Assembly (NCBI GenBank): GCA_964187785.1
Contig: OZ076410.1
Location: 69,378,001-69,442,000, forward strand
Length of the DNA: 64,000 bases
Direction: 5' to 3'
Source of the DNA: Amphiscolops sp. MND2022
Lineage: Eukaryota
Part shown: one piece after another, positions 62,023-64,000 of the stretch
Position numbering within the stretch: position 1 is the first letter of the stretch
Layout: every line of letters begins with the position of its first letter
Translations under genes and position numbers: made by a program
The notes under the pieces: model-generated
Database searches by the model: none
Told to the model about the DNA's origin: nothing
Seen by the model: the letters and a program-made list of their open reading frames with translations, nothing else

Positions 62023-64000
62023 GTTCTTAACGCTTTGAGACAAATCTGCGGAATCGTAGGGCCAACACAGAAGCGATTTAGCTTGTAGATGGATTGTAAT
62101 GTTCAGTCACTTTAACAATTTTTTTTCTGATGATAGACGATGTCTTTATTCGGAAACTATTGAAATGTCTCTCTTTCTGAAAAACTGTACTGGAAAATTG
62201 TTGTTTTTTCCATTTGTCGTTTCCCCGAATTTCAGAAGAATTAGAGCGCGTATTGACTCATGAATTTCAATTTTTCCGCTCGCGAATAATGACAAGACCT
62301 GGTCAGTGTGCCAACTTATTTCTCAACTAATTTCATGTTGTAATTACAAGATAAAACAAAAGCGTATAGTACCTAATAATAGCACTTAATAAACAAACAG
62401 ATCACGATTATTGAAATCTTAGTATGGTAGACGTCACTGATTGACTAGAACAACAATTAATGGATGCCAGTCAGTAGTAAAAGTACATGGCATTTTCAGC
62501 AGGGGGGTTGAAAGAGTAACCAAGTTTGGCCAAAACGCGGACTCCAAAATGACGTCATGATTGCGACACGATGACGAAACCGAACCTCAAACATTCTCAC
62601 CCACGGAGAGCCGACTAGACACCGAAACAGAAGTACACAACCTTGAAAATACGAGCCTGGAAAATTTCAGTTGCTATTTCAGGCAATAAAAGGAAAGTTC
62701 CTCACCTTTGTGTGCTGGAAAGAAATCGAAAAAGGAAGGCACAGTTTGTTGGTAATGGAAATTGCGGCCAAGAAAAAAGAGATAGGATGATTAAAAAGTA
62801 ACAACCAAAAAAATCTCTACCTTTACATTACGCGATATTTTCACACCGAAGAACATGAAAATGTGACCTGCAAATTCTGAAAAGTGCAAAAAAACTGATG
62901 AAAAAAGGTGAATATTTCTCTAATATAGATCGCTGAAAGAGTTTTCACAGTGTTGAATAATGAAGTACCGTACTGCCTTTGTTTTCATCACAAAGGAAAC
63001 TCAGAAATTCATGGATTCAAGATTTTGTGAAATAGTGTTGAACCGTTTAATACCTTTGAAACTTCTAAAATTGGTGCTGTATCAAAAGATCGAACNNNNN
63101 NNNNNNNNNNNNNNNNNNNNNNNNNNNNNNNNNNNNNNNNNNNNNNNNNNNNNNNNNNNNNNNNNNNNNNNNNNNNNNNNNNNNNNNNNNNNNNNNNNNN
63201 NNNNNNNNNNNNNNNNNNNNNNNNNNNNNNNNNNNNNNNNNNNNNNNNNNNNNNNNNNNNNNNNNNNNNNNNNNNNNNNNNNNNNNNNNNNNNNNNNNNN
63301 NNNNNNNNNNNNNNNNNNNNNNNNNNNNNNNNNNNNNNNNNNNNNNNNNNNNNNNNNNNNNNNNNNNNNNNNNNNNNNNNNNNNNNNNNNNNNNNNNNNN
63401 NNNNNNNNNNNNNNNNNNNNNNNNNNNNNNNNNNNNNNNNNNNNNNNNNNNNNNNNNNNNNNNNNNNNNNNNNNNNNNNNNNNNNNNNNNNNNNNNNNNN
63501 NNNNNNNNNNNNNNNNNNNNNNNNNNNNNNNNNNNNNNNNNNNNNNNNNNNNNNNNNNNNNNNNNNNNNNNNNNNNNNAACGTCAAATTTTCGAAAAGTA
63601 TTGAAAAAGTTATTCGTTGGTATATATAGACAAAATAAATTTTATGAAAGAAAACGTTTTTGAAACTGTCTCAAAGTGCCGAAAAAATTTCAAAAAAAAG
63701 TCGCGCAGTGCCAAAAACTTTTTAAAAGGGGACTCTACTGTGTCGTCCGGTAATATATCTTACGTTATTACAATAAAAACGGAATTAGTGAAAAGGGCAG
63801 CATTTGCACCAACTTGGATGCGCTTGTTCTTAACGCTTTGAGACAAATCTGCGGAATCGTAGGGCCAACACAGAAGCGATTTAGCTTGTAGATGCATTGT
63901 AATGTTCAGTCATTTTAACAATTTTTTTCTGATGATAGACGATGTCTTTATTCGGAAACTATTGAAATGTCTCTCTTTCTGAAAAACTGTACTGGAAAAT
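62023..64000 (+). repeat. ~175-bp near-identical direct repeat (62023-62198 and 63826-window end)
   Basis: gttcttaacgctttgagacaaatctgcgg...gtactggaaaat occurs twice, either side of an N gap. Confidence 0.9.
63096..63578. other. Assembly gap (483 N)
   Basis: Read directly from sequence. Confidence 1.

Noticed and set aside
59838-63000. Host gene exons (e.g. tttcag|GCAATAAAAGG...TTG|gtaatg near 62683-62751; ORF 59838-60041)
   Set aside because: Isolated splice-like signals with no recognisable product or consistent exon chain.
62960-63604. Long ORFs spanning N runs (also 59566-59875)
   Set aside because: Artefacts of translating assembly gaps.
1-64000. rRNA or tRNA genes
   Set aside because: No cloverleaf with A/B boxes or rRNA signature noticed by eye; tRNAscan-SE/barrnap would be needed to exclude them formally.

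Overview
Repeat-dense eukaryotic (probably animal) DNA made almost entirely of nested, decayed transposable elements; no intact host gene is supported and the species cannot be told from sequence alone. Layout: (A) 3' half of a Gypsy-family LTR element, ~1.9-7.6 kb (+); (B) a BEL/Pao element, ~7.8-13.5 kb (-); (C) a related LTR remnant, ~16.7-17.8 kb; (D) a truncated Gypsy element, 17936-~31.6 kb (+), whose gag is split by a 2.8-kb TIR element (19203-21985); (E) an old Gypsy element, 33819->59637 (-), containing (F) a complete 16.7-kb Gypsy element, 36589-53286 (+), with 1.8-kb LTRs, TG...CA ends and an ACGTT target-site duplication. The main discovery: A, D, E and F all carry, behind pol, an antisense multi-exon gene. 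It has GT-AG introns (three at matching positions in D and E), a C2H2-type zinc finger and a body resembling a catalytically degenerate hAT transposase. These elements also encode protein at both LTR ends, lack an obvious polypurine tract, and carry arrays of palindromic motifs in their LTRs and introns. All homology calls are by eye; no database searches were run.
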